A stretch of DNA of 55,636 nt from a virus: the IMG/VR virus record IMGVR_UViG_3300029705_000156; one strand, written 5' to 3'. Below, in pieces: positions 35,696-44,773 of this stretch. Positions within the stretch are counted from its first letter, which is position 1; each line of letters opens with the position of its first letter. The translations under genes and the position numbers were made by a program. The notes beneath the pieces were generated by a model. It did not search any database. It was given only the letters and a program-made list of their open reading frames with translations, and was not told the origin of the DNA.

Positions 35696-36284
35696 AGAAA
35701 TTGAGTTATTAAAAGAAGCAATTAAGATTCTTGAGGAAAGAGAAAAATCAAGCAAGGTTCAGTTATCAACATTGAATCCGGGCGAAACATTTAAGGTTGG
35801 AGAACACGATTTTATTATATTGAAGCAGGATGAAGAGGTAACACACGTTATTTCCAAAGATTTTATGGCAGAAAGTATCAAGTTTGATGAAGATACAAGA
35901 GATTACAAAAAATCAAATCTCAAAAAGGTAATTGAGCGTGACATTCAGCCTTTAATCGAAAAAGAAGTTGGAGCAGACAACATTATTGAACACGAAGTTG
36001 ATTTAACTTCTGTCGATATGCAGAATGAATTTGGAAAATGTAAATGCAAGGTGCGGCCCATTACTTTTGATGAAGCAAGAGAATTTAACAATTTAATTGT
36101 AGATGAAAATTTGGATGATTGGTGGTGGACTTGCACTCCTTGGTCGACAGAAAAACGAGGTTATAAATATTCAATAGCCGTTGTTCGCCCTTCAGGCGGC
36201 ATCGGCCGCGATAGCTGCTACTATGGTGTTCGCCCTTTCTGTATCTTAAAATCTAATATCTTTGTATCGAAAGGAGAAAAATAA
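35688..36284 (+). CDS. DGR variable protein 1 (coiled coil plus C-type-lectin/DUF6273-like domain)
   Basis: The C-terminal AVVRPSGGIGRDSCYYGVRPFC is encoded by VR1. Confidence 0.8.
   Translation: MSKEIELLKEAIKILEEREKSSKVQLSTLNPGETFKVGEHDFIILKQDEEVTHVISKDFMAESIKFDEDTRDYKKSNLKKVIERDIQPLIEKEVGADNIIEHEVDLTSVDMQNEFGKCKCKVRPITFDEAREFNNLIVDENLDDWWWTCTPWSTEKRGYKYSIAVVRPSGGIGRDSCYYGVRPFCILKSNIFVSKGEK
36178..36236 (+). repeat. DGR variable repeat VR1 (6 nt shorter than TR)
   Basis: Colinear with TR 37296-37360 apart from one 6-nt gap. Confidence 0.8.
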
Positions 36285-36285
36285 T

Positions 36286-36894
36286 ATGTCAAAACCATTA
36301 ACTATGAAAGATTTGCAGAATCAGATTAACGAATTGAAAGCGGAGTTATCAGAGATTAAAAAAGAAAAAATTCCCACTATTAAAAAGAAGTTTGAAATTG
36401 GAGATACTTTTGAACTTGCCGGACTTAACTGGAAAATCCTTGATGTTACAGAAAAAGGATATGTGTGTTTGGCTGATAAGTTAGAAGATGAATCAAAATT
36501 TGACAGCGATTCCAACGATTGGAAAGAGAGTTCTTTGAGAAGTTATCTCAACGGAGAGTTTTTGGAAACCTTATGCGAAGAAATAGGAAAAGAAAACATC
36601 TTATCTTTTGAAAGAGATTTACTATCTCTTGACGGTTTGGACGAATATGGAAAATGCGAAGATTACGTATCGGTACTTAATGTTGATGAATACAGAAAGT
36701 ACCGCAAGCACATTTTGAAAACTGATTATTATTGGTGGTTATTGACTGCCGATAGTGTTAAAAGCAATGTCGATAATCGTTGGGTTTCCGTTGTTCACCC
36801 TTCGGGCCTCATCGGCCGCAATGTTTGCTACGACTACGATGGTGTTCGCCCGGTTTGTATCTTTTCTTCTTCAATCTTTGAATTAGAGGGATAG
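36286..36894 (+). CDS. DGR variable protein 2 (paralogue of target 1)
   Basis: WKESSLRSYLNGEF and YWWLLT motifs. The C-terminal SVVHPSGLIGRNVCYDYDGVRPVC is encoded by VR2. Confidence 0.85.
   Translation: MSKPLTMKDLQNQINELKAELSEIKKEKIPTIKKKFEIGDTFELAGLNWKILDVTEKGYVCLADKLEDESKFDSDSNDWKESSLRSYLNGEFLETLCEEIGKENILSFERDLLSLDGLDEYGKCEDYVSVLNVDEYRKYRKHILKTDYYWWLLTADSVKSNVDNRWVSVVHPSGLIGRNVCYDYDGVRPVCIFSSSIFELEG
36788..36852 (+). repeat. DGR variable repeat VR2
   Basis: 65 nt, ungapped against TR, with 14 mismatches all at TR adenines. Confidence 0.9.
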
Positions 36895-36898
36895 ATAA

Positions 36899-37270
36899 AT
36901 GGCAGAAACGGAACTGAAAGTAATTTTAAAAGCCAAAGAATTAGCCAAACACACATTGATTTTAACGTCAAATTGTAACAGATACCCTAAAAAGTGGAGA
37001 TTCTCACTTGTTGATAAGATGCAGAATAAAGCATTGGAAATATATGAGTATTTGCACGAAGCAAACAGAACGGATTTGAAAGATTATGCAAGAGAGCGTT
37101 TTGAGTTGCAGACCAAAGCAATAACGATGTGCGACCAACTTTTGTACTACATAGAACTGTCTTATCAGTTGAATATTATAAATATTAAAAGCACAGAGTA
37201 TTGGTCGAAAATGGTATCTGATGTAAAGCATATGGCTATTGCTTGGAGAAGTACGGATAAGAAAAGATAG
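36899..37270 (+). CDS. avd: DGR accessory variability determinant (Avd, four-helix bundle)
   Basis: 123 aa, basic and helical. YPKKWRFSLVDKMQNKALEIYEYLHEAN pattern. Sits between target and TR. Confidence 0.75.
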   Translation: MAETELKVILKAKELAKHTLILTSNCNRYPKKWRFSLVDKMQNKALEIYEYLHEANRTDLKDYARERFELQTKAITMCDQLLYYIELSYQLNIINIKSTEYWSKMVSDVKHMAIAWRSTDKKR

Positions 37271-37295
37271 CTTTATTAGGTTTTGCGTTGTTAAA

Positions 37296-37360
37296 CCGTT
37301 GTTCACCCTTCAGGCAACATCAACAACAATAATTGCAACAACAACAATGGTGTTCGCCCA
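37296..37360 (+). repeat. DGR template repeat (TR)
   Basis: Noncoding and AAC/AAT-rich. In the VR frame it reads VVHPSGNINNNNCNNNNGVRP. Confidence 0.9.
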
Positions 37361-37470
37361 TTCTGGATTATTCAGACAGCAAGAGTAGGCATTAAGCCGA
37401 AATCAGAAAACAAAGATACAGAAAAACGCAAGACCTTCCGCAATGCGGTAAACATAAAGGAACGCAAGTT

Positions 37471-38502
37471 ATGGATGTCAAGAATATTGTTACTGATTAT
37501 GAAAATTTGTATAGGGCTTATAAAAAAGCAAAGCGCAATAAACCATTTAATGGAAGTTGTGCGAGATTTCAAAATATGAGCCTTGAAGGACTGCATCTAT
37601 TAAAAGAACAACTTGAAAATCAAACATACAAAATGAGTAATTATAACGAGTTCAAAATTTACGAGCCAAAAGAAAGAGTGATTAAATCGTGTTCTTTTAA
37701 AGATAAGGTTGTACAACACGTATTTAGTGACAATATTCTGCATCCGCAACTTGAAAACGAATTTATTAAATGCAATTATGCCGGACAAGTCGATAAAGGA
37801 ACGCATTTTGGAATGGATTGCTTGAAAGAGCATATGTTGAATTTTTATGAAATGCACGGCACCGACGGTTGGATATTAAAGTGTGATATTACGAAGTTTT
37901 TCTATCAGATAGACCATGACATTTTGAAAGATATTGTGGATTACCATTTCAATGATGAATACATAACGTGGCTTAATCATCTATTTATTGACAGCACGGA
38001 TGGTTTAGGGCTTCCATTAGGGAATCAGGTAGCACAGATATACGCATTACTTATGTTGAATGGGCTAGATCACTTCATAACCGGCGAACTTGGAATACAG
38101 TTTTACGGAAGATATATGGATGATTTTTATTTGATACACCACGATAAGAAGTATTTGCAATGGTGCCTTGAATGTATAACGGAATTTGTGAATAGCACTG
38201 GTTTAGCACTTAATGGAAAAACGCAGATATGTCCTTTTAAGAACGGTATTAAATTTCTTGGATTTCATCATTATGTGACGAAAGACGGAAAGTACATACG
38301 GAAAATAAGTGGAGATAACAAGCGTAAAATCCGCAAAAAACTGAAACGGTGGTCTGTGTTGGTTAAAAACGGAACTATGACCGAGAATAAGTTTTACGAG
38401 AAATACAATGCTTGGAAAAATCACGCATCACACGGTAATTGCATTAAATTATGTCACAGTATGGATTTATATGTAAAAGAATTATTGGAGAGTGAAAATT
38501 GA
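37471..38502 (+). CDS. DGR reverse transcriptase
   Basis: RT motifs ILKCDITKFFYQIDH, GLPLGNQVAQ (DGR-type motif 4), YGRYMDDFYLI, IKFLGF. Confidence 0.9.
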   Translation: MDVKNIVTDYENLYRAYKKAKRNKPFNGSCARFQNMSLEGLHLLKEQLENQTYKMSNYNEFKIYEPKERVIKSCSFKDKVVQHVFSDNILHPQLENEFIKCNYAGQVDKGTHFGMDCLKEHMLNFYEMHGTDGWILKCDITKFFYQIDHDILKDIVDYHFNDEYITWLNHLFIDSTDGLGLPLGNQVAQIYALLMLNGLDHFITGELGIQFYGRYMDDFYLIHHDKKYLQWCLECITEFVNSTGLALNGKTQICPFKNGIKFLGFHHYVTKDGKYIRKISGDNKRKIRKKLKRWSVLVKNGTMTENKFYEKYNAWKNHASHGNCIKLCHSMDLYVKELLESEN

Positions 38503-39311
38503 ATAAAGGAATAAAAATAAGTAACAAGGAATACCGGGAACGAGATGGTGTTAGCAGTACAGACTTAAAGCATATGGTTAAATCCCCTGCACATTTCCGC
38601 TATTGGAAAGATAATCCGCAAGAAGATACACCGGCATTGCTTTTTGGCAGAGCAGTACATAAGTATGTATTAGAAAAAGATGATTTCTTTACAGAATTTG
38701 CAGTAGCACCGAATGTTGACCGAAGAACCAAGGCAGGCAAGGAAGAATGGGCTTTATTTGAGGTTGATAATCAAGGCAAGGACATTATAACTGCTGATGA
38801 TTTTGAGAAGATTAAGGCTATGTATGATGCGTTATACAGTACACCCTATGTTGCTAAGTTGCTGAGCGGAAAAAGGGAATTGTCGTTCTTCATGGAAGAT
38901 GAAAGCACAGGCGTGACAATGAAGTGTAGACCAGACTGTTTAACAGACATAGGAGATACGCATATTCTGATTGATTACAAATCGTGTGCAGATGCTACAA
39001 GCGAACAGTTTATGAAAGATGCTATTAAGCTGATGTATGATATGCAACTTGCATACTACAAAAACATTTTAGATAAGCGTCGTGGTTGTGAACATACAGT
39101 TATCTTTATAGCACAAGAGAAAGCTGCACCATATTTGGCAAATGTACTTGAAGCGAATGAGTATTTTATCAAAAGTGGCAGGGATATGTACCGAACTTAC
39201 CTTGATATGTACGCAGAATGTGAGAAGTCGGGTAATTGGTACGGATTAGTAAATGGTGTTATTAACACATTAGGGTTGCCGAATTGGTTACAGAAACAGT
39301 ATGAAGTTTAA
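38499..39311 (+). CDS. PD-(D/E)XK exonuclease (RecE-C/DUF3799-like)
   Basis: FGRAVHKYVLE, ILIDYKS and QLAYYKN motifs. Upstream of the annealase gene. Confidence 0.65.
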   Translation: MNKGIKISNKEYRERDGVSSTDLKHMVKSPAHFRYWKDNPQEDTPALLFGRAVHKYVLEKDDFFTEFAVAPNVDRRTKAGKEEWALFEVDNQGKDIITADDFEKIKAMYDALYSTPYVAKLLSGKRELSFFMEDESTGVTMKCRPDCLTDIGDTHILIDYKSCADATSEQFMKDAIKLMYDMQLAYYKNILDKRRGCEHTVIFIAQEKAAPYLANVLEANEYFIKSGRDMYRTYLDMYAECEKSGNWYGLVNGVINTLGLPNWLQKQYEV

Positions 39312-39329
39312 GAAAGCGAGGAATAAAAA

Positions 39330-40184
39330 ATGGCAGAAAATGAAGTAATGGAATATCAAGGAAGTGTACCGAGTTATGCAGGTAATTTTGACAAAATCAA
39401 TCAAGGAACAGTAGCGGTAGAAAGTAGTAGAGCTATTGCAGAAGCACAAGGAAAACTCATTATGGCTAAGAGATTTCCGAGAAGTTATACCGAAGCATAC
39501 GCAAAGGCTATCGAAGCGTGTCAGCGTAAGAGTTTTGCGGAAAAAGCATTTTTTGCATATCCAAGAGCCGGACAGACTGTAACTGGTGTGACTATCAGAT
39601 TCGCTGAAGAAATGGCACGCTGCTATGGAAACCTCGACTATGGAATTAAGGAAATGAGCCACGAAGAGGGAAAATCCGAGATGCAGGCTTATTGTTGGGA
39701 TTTGGAAACTAACACTATTTCAAGTCAGAATTTTACAGTTGAACACGTTATGGAAACAAAGCAGGGCAACCGTAAATTAACAAGTCAGCGTGATATTTAT
39801 GAGCGTACTGCTAATGACGGATCAAGAAGATTGAGAAGTCGTATTTTGGCAATTTTGCCTCCGGATTTAGTTGAAGATTGCATAAATGAATGCAAGAAAA
39901 CACTTGCCGGAAAGAATGACATTCCTTTGATTGACAAGGTTAAAAATATGGTAACTGGGTTTGCAAAGTTAGGTGTTACCAAAGAAATGTTGGAAACGAG
40001 ATTAAAGCACACCATTGAAACCGTAAATGCTGATGAATTAACAGAGTATATCGGTATCTACAACGGATTAAAACAGAAAGAAACCACTATTTCGGATTGG
40101 TTTGAGCAACCTAAAACTGCATCACAGTTGACGGAGTTGTTAGAGCAGGAAGAAAAGGGCAAGAAGAAAGGTGCTGATAAGTAA
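39330..40184 (+). CDS. Single-strand annealing recombinase (RecT/Red-beta-type)
   Basis: Paired with the exonuclease. IRFAEEMARCYGNLDYG and WDLETN motifs. The exact family was not resolved. Confidence 0.55.
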   Translation: MAENEVMEYQGSVPSYAGNFDKINQGTVAVESSRAIAEAQGKLIMAKRFPRSYTEAYAKAIEACQRKSFAEKAFFAYPRAGQTVTGVTIRFAEEMARCYGNLDYGIKEMSHEEGKSEMQAYCWDLETNTISSQNFTVEHVMETKQGNRKLTSQRDIYERTANDGSRRLRSRILAILPPDLVEDCINECKKTLAGKNDIPLIDKVKNMVTGFAKLGVTKEMLETRLKHTIETVNADELTEYIGIYNGLKQKETTISDWFEQPKTASQLTELLEQEEKGKKKGADK

Positions 40185-40642
40185 TGAAATATAAAGTGGT
40201 TATTAGCAACTCAAAACATACATTTCCACTCAAGGGGTTAAATGAACTCCTTGGGGGGAGAGTATACAACTTCCGTACAAAGAAGTATCACAATTCCGTA
40301 AAGTCAGAGAATGACAAGGTATGCAGACTTGCAATTCAGAAGTATATGCGTGGTGTGAAGATTGATAAGCCGATTAGGTGTACTTATATGATTTATGCAG
40401 GAGATAAACGGCACGACAGAGGAAACCTTGCTTGTGCGGTTGAGAAGTCCTTTTTAGATGCTTTGCAGGAAATGAAAGTTATTAAAAATGACGGATTTGA
40501 CGATGTTTTAGATTCGGTATTTCACACAGAACTATGCAGAGAGAACCCAAGAATAGAAGTAATTATAGAAGAAGTTTCCCAAAAGGCATTAGAGAAATTC
40601 AACGGACTTTTGGAGATTGAGGAAGGAGATGAATATAAATGA
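40184..40642 (+). CDS. RusA-like Holliday junction resolvase
   Basis: RHDRGNLACAVEKSFLDALQEMKVIKNDGFDDV resembles the RusA D-x-D-N...K...D-A-L...D-D pattern. Confidence 0.45.
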   Translation: MKYKVVISNSKHTFPLKGLNELLGGRVYNFRTKKYHNSVKSENDKVCRLAIQKYMRGVKIDKPIRCTYMIYAGDKRHDRGNLACAVEKSFLDALQEMKVIKNDGFDDVLDSVFHTELCRENPRIEVIIEEVSQKALEKFNGLLEIEEGDEYK

Positions 40643-40818
40643 CATTAACAAGAGAAGAATTTGAAAACGCACACAGAAACATTATGACGGTTATGGAAAA
40701 CCATATTATGATGCTTGCTCATTGTGATAGAACTACTGCAAATCTTGTAGCAAATGAAGTTTTGGACTTGGATAGAGACGCGGATAGGTTAATCATTGAA
40801 GAAGTGGAAGGAGAGTAG
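40639..40818 (+). CDS. Small hypothetical protein (59 aa)
   Basis: ATGA overlap with the upstream stop. Below the track cutoff. Confidence 0.4.
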   Translation: MTLTREEFENAHRNIMTVMENHIMMLAHCDRTTANLVANEVLDLDRDADRLIIEEVEGE

Positions 40819-40821
40819 GTT

Positions 40822-41100
40822 ATGGATAAAAATAAGTTAGAAGAATTGCTTGAAAGTGTTGGAATAAAAGGCGAATGGATAAAGCCTGATGAATATGGTT
40901 TTAGCAGAACATTTCAATTTGAATTATACGGACAAGCGATACAGATTGAATGGTTTTGCAATTATTCCACATTGATTATTGGAAACGCACATTTTTGGTT
41001 TGACAGAATTAGTACATACAGTGGTTATCCTCATAGTGGAGAATGGATTGAGTTTTCTTTCAGAAACGAACACCCTATTCACTTGAAAGTAAAAGAGTAG
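40822..41100 (+). CDS. Hypothetical protein
   Basis: 92-aa track ORF with RBS GGAGAG. Confidence 0.5.
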   Translation: MDKNKLEELLESVGIKGEWIKPDEYGFSRTFQFELYGQAIQIEWFCNYSTLIIGNAHFWFDRISTYSGYPHSGEWIEFSFRNEHPIHLKVKE

Positions 41101-41157
41101 AAAGAGTTGCAAGATGAATAATGAAGTTAAACAGGCAGTTGGAAAGGATTGGGAAAA

Positions 41158-41502
41158 ATGAAACTAATAATTGATATACCAAAAGAGTTTGAAACCGACT
41201 ATAAAGGCGATAAATTCAATGATTTCTTTTCAAGAGTGTTGTGTGACATTGACAAAGGTGTTTTGTGTGGCAACTACGAAAAGGAAACCGCCGAAATGTT
41301 TTTGAAAGCATTTGATGAAAGCGTACCTATGGCTAATATCGTGGGGAAGTTGGAAGAATATGCAAAAAGTAAAATATGTAACAACCATAAAAAAGGGTGT
41401 CCGTATGGCGATAATGACGATATTTATTGCGAAAATTGTGGGGCTTTAGGAGCCATCAACATAGTAAAGCAGGAGATTAACAATGGAGAAAACAATACTT
41501 GA
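41158..41502 (+). CDS. Hypothetical protein
   Basis: Track ORF 41149-41502. ATG at 41158. Confidence 0.45.
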   Translation: MKLIIDIPKEFETDYKGDKFNDFFSRVLCDIDKGVLCGNYEKETAEMFLKAFDESVPMANIVGKLEEYAKSKICNNHKKGCPYGDNDDIYCENCGALGAINIVKQEINNGENNT

Positions 41503-41965
41503 TGTTTGTTGTGGTCCAAGAATGTTTTGGTTTGATAAGAAAAATGAAAAGGTTGTTTTTATGGATAAAAGGATTTTACACGATACCTTGTGTGATGGCC
41601 GTAAGTTAGATATTGAGCCTGACATTGTAGGAGATTTCAGAAACATTCCTTTTGATGATAACACTTTTTCAATGGTTGTATTTGACCCACCGCATTTACT
41701 GAAAGTTGGCGAAAATTCGTGGTTGGGCAAGAAGTACGGAAAGTTATCAGAAAGTTGGCCAACAGATATAAAACAAGGATTTTCAGAATGTATGAGGGTT
41801 CTTAAACCAAACGGAACACTGATTTTTAAGTGGAACGAACAACAAATTAAATTATCAGAAATCTTGAAAGTAATAGACTACGAGCCTTTATTTGGTAACA
41901 AAAGGTCAGATACTCATTGGCTTGTGTTTATGAAAGAAACGGAGATTAACAATGGATTGGAGTGA
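41483..41965 (+). CDS. Small SAM-dependent DNA methyltransferase (amino-MTase type)
   Basis: Motif I LDVCCGP, then motif IV VFDPPH. Confidence 0.55.
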   Translation: MEKTILDVCCGPRMFWFDKKNEKVVFMDKRILHDTLCDGRKLDIEPDIVGDFRNIPFDDNTFSMVVFDPPHLLKVGENSWLGKKYGKLSESWPTDIKQGFSECMRVLKPNGTLIFKWNEQQIKLSEILKVIDYEPLFGNKRSDTHWLVFMKETEINNGLE

Positions 41966-43686
41966 TTACGAAAGTGATAAATGGAGAATTGATAGTAGAT
42001 AACTTTGCCGGTGGCGGTGGTGCATCTACTGGAATTGAAATGGCGACTGGAATAAGTGTTGATATTGCTATCAATCACGACCCCGAAGCCATAAAAATGC
42101 ACAAGGCAAATCATCCAAGTACGAAGCATTATTGTGAAAGCGTTTGGGATGTAGACCCGATTGAAGCGTGTAAGGGAAAGCCAGTTGCATTAGCGTGGTT
42201 TAGTCCGGATTGCAAGCATTTCAGCAAAGCCAAAGGTGGAAAGCCAAAAGATAAGAACATTAGAGGGCTTGCTTGGGTTGCTTTGCGTTGGGCTGGTAAG
42301 GTAAGACCAAGGGTAATAATGCTTGAAAATGTAGAAGAGTTTAAAACTTGGGGACCGTTGAACAGAAGCCACAGACCGATTAAATCAAAACAAGGTCAGA
42401 CATACAGAAAATTTATAAGTCAGTTGGGAGATTTGGGGTATGAAGTTCAGACAAAAGAATTAGTAGCAGCTGATTATGGGGCACCTACAATGCGAAAGAG
42501 GTTTTTCTTGATTGCAAGATGCGATAATAAGCCTATTGTTTGGGCTGAACCAACACACGCACCGGCTGATAGCGAAGAGGTTAAGCAAGGTCTTTTAAAA
42601 CCATATTTAGGAGCATACACGCAGTTGGATTTTTCTCTTCCATGTCCGTCAATTTTTGATACATCGGAAGAAATTAAGGAAAAGTACGGTATAAGAGCAG
42701 TTAGACCATTAGCACCTAAAACAATGGAAAGAATTGCAAGAGGAATTAAGAAATTTGTGATTGATAATGCAGAACCGTTTATTATTCAATGCAAATTTGA
42801 TAATGAGCCGCAAGATGTTAATAAACCGTTATCGACAGTTACAACGGTTGGAAGCCATATTTTGGTAGAACCTAAAATTGCGCCTATTATCGATAAGGCT
42901 TATGGCGGTAATTATAGTGGAAATGGAAGCAAAGTAAGCGAACCATTAGATACAATAACAACAATAGACCACAACAGGCTTGTTGAAGCGAGATTGGCGC
43001 CATACATCGAAGTGAATCGTAGCGATAGACCGGGCAACAGTATACAAGAGCCAATAACCACAGTAACAAGCGTAAATCAGCATTGTTTGGTAAGTCCTAC
43101 TCTTATACAGTATCATTCCGAAACTAGCAAAAACGAAGTAAGGGGTCAAACATTAGAAGACCCTATTATGACAGTTGACGGTTCAAACAGATACGGTCTT
43201 GTTACATCATTTTTAAGCAAGTTTTACAAAACTGGTGTAGGTCAAGATTGCAGAGAACCTTTGCATACCGTTACGACTTCCGCCGGACATTTTGGGGAAG
43301 TAAGAGCGTTCTTGATTAAATACTACGGAAATCAGACAGTACATAGTGTCGAAGAACCGCTTGACACAATAACCACAAAAGACAGATTCGGTCTTGTAAC
43401 AATACAAGGTCAAGATTATCAGATTGTAGATATTGGATTGAGGATGTTGGAACCAAAGGAATTGTATGGGTGCCAGGGATTCCCCGAAGATTACATTATT
43501 GATAGAGATTATGAGGGAAAAGAATATCCAAGAACAGAACAAGTAAGAAGATGTGGAAATGCGGTTTGTCCGCCAATACCGGCTGCGTTGGTAAGAGCAA
43601 ATCTTCCTGAATGTTGCGTAGCTGAAAGAACAAAGAATATGAAAATTCAATCAGAAGAAAGCGGACAGTTGGCATTTGCAATATAA
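41962..43686 (+). CDS. DNA (cytosine-5)-methyltransferase
   Basis: DNFAGGGGAS (motif I), SPDCKHFS (IV), MLENVEEF (VI), QGFP, GNAVCPP (X). Confidence 0.85.
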   Translation: MITKVINGELIVDNFAGGGGASTGIEMATGISVDIAINHDPEAIKMHKANHPSTKHYCESVWDVDPIEACKGKPVALAWFSPDCKHFSKAKGGKPKDKNIRGLAWVALRWAGKVRPRVIMLENVEEFKTWGPLNRSHRPIKSKQGQTYRKFISQLGDLGYEVQTKELVAADYGAPTMRKRFFLIARCDNKPIVWAEPTHAPADSEEVKQGLLKPYLGAYTQLDFSLPCPSIFDTSEEIKEKYGIRAVRPLAPKTMERIARGIKKFVIDNAEPFIIQCKFDNEPQDVNKPLSTVTTVGSHILVEPKIAPIIDKAYGGNYSGNGSKVSEPLDTITTIDHNRLVEARLAPYIEVNRSDRPGNSIQEPITTVTSVNQHCLVSPTLIQYHSETSKNEVRGQTLEDPIMTVDGSNRYGLVTSFLSKFYKTGVGQDCREPLHTVTTSAGHFGEVRAFLIKYYGNQTVHSVEEPLDTITTKDRFGLVTIQGQDYQIVDIGLRMLEPKELYGCQGFPEDYIIDRDYEGKEYPRTEQVRRCGNAVCPPIPAALVRANLPECCVAERTKNMKIQSEESGQLAFAI

Positions 43687-43710
43687 AAAATTAGAAACGA
43701 GGTAGAAAGA

Positions 43711-44256
43711 ATGAACAAAGTAGATAAGGAAACTCTTTATGAGTTGTATGTGATAAGAGGAAAACCGATGCATTTGATTGCTAAAGAATTAGGTATAGCA
43801 ATAGGAACTGTATACAACTATTTGAGGAAATATGAAATTCCGACAAGAGACCAAAAATCCACTTTTACAATGAAAGGGAGAAAATTAACAAAAGAGCAAT
43901 GTGAACGAATTTCAAAAAGAAACAGAGGAAGAATTGTTTCGGATGAAACAAGAAAAAGAATGTCGGAATCAACTAAAAAGGGTGGAATAGGGCATAAGAA
44001 AAATAGAACAGATGGATATGTTTATATTTATTTTCCAGACCACCCAAAAAGCAATAGTGATGGTTACATAATGGAGCATGATTTAATTATGGAATGCTTT
44101 ATTGGTAGACATTTGAAAGAAAACGAAATCGTTCATCATAAAAACAAAATAAGAAATGATAACAGAATAGAAAACTTAGAAATTATGGATTTTAGAGAAC
44201 ATGCAAGAATGCATAGTAAAGAAAGGTGGAATGACTTATTAACAAAACAACTTTAA
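43711..44256 (+). CDS. HNH homing endonuclease with N-terminal HTH and NUMOD-like motifs
   Basis: GYIMEHDLIME...EIVHHKNKIRNDNRIENLEIM...H. Confidence 0.75.
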   Translation: MNKVDKETLYELYVIRGKPMHLIAKELGIAIGTVYNYLRKYEIPTRDQKSTFTMKGRKLTKEQCERISKRNRGRIVSDETRKRMSESTKKGGIGHKKNRTDGYVYIYFPDHPKSNSDGYIMEHDLIMECFIGRHLKENEIVHHKNKIRNDNRIENLEIMDFREHARMHSKERWNDLLTKQL

Positions 44257-44654
44257 TCGGACGCAGTACAAAAGACGCAGATGTGCGTTATTCACAAGGA
44301 GAAAAGACAATGACGATTGCGAGAATCAGCCTTGCAGTTGATAGAAAGTTTAAGCAGGAAGGACAACCTACCGCAGATTTCATTAACTGTATCGCATTTG
44401 GGAAAACCGCAGAAGTCATTGAAAAGTATGTCGTAAAGGGTACAAAAATCGCAGTTGTAGGACATATTCAGACTGGCAGTTATACCAACAAAGACGGACA
44501 GAAAGTTTACACAACAGATGTTGTGATTGATGAACTGGAATTTTGCGAAAGCAGAAGTAGTCAGCAGAGCAATAGTCAGCCTGCACCTGCACCGAATGGA
44601 GATGACTTTATGTCGATACCCGAGGGCATTATAGAAGAGTTGCCTTTCACCTGA
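44238..44654 (+). CDS. ssb: Single-stranded DNA-binding protein (start codon anomalous)
   Basis: OB-fold core and acidic tail EELPFT. The conserved N-terminus NKTTLIGRSTKDADVRY is encoded upstream of the first GTG (44283). ATT at 44238 lies 8 nt after AGGTGG. Confidence 0.7.
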   Translation: MNKTTLIGRSTKDADVRYSQGEKTMTIARISLAVDRKFKQEGQPTADFINCIAFGKTAEVIEKYVVKGTKIAVVGHIQTGSYTNKDGQKVYTTDVVIDELEFCESRSSQQSNSQPAPAPNGDDFMSIPEGIIEELPFT

Positions 44655-44773
44655 TATTAGCCGATTTTAGCCCCATAAAACAGTTTACCCTACCAATTCT
44701 GCAAGGCAAGGTTTAAAAGCCGAATTTGAGCCTTGTGGAATGCGTGGGGAGTATGGAAAGGAGTGATTACTAT

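Larger units (their letters stand above)
35688..38502 (+). mobile_element. Diversity-generating retroelement (two targets, Avd, TR, RT)
   Basis: See the component features. TR/VR mismatches fall on TR adenines. Confidence 0.9.

Noticed and set aside
43213-43650. 145-aa minus-strand ORF
   Set aside because: It is antisense to the C5-methyltransferase motifs IX-X.
44231-44242. +1 programmed frameshift from ATG 44231 (ATG ACT TAT TAA) into the ssb frame
   Set aside because: The P-site Tyr codon UAU cannot re-pair in the +1 frame (AUU). Non-canonical initiation or a remodelled start is the simpler explanation.
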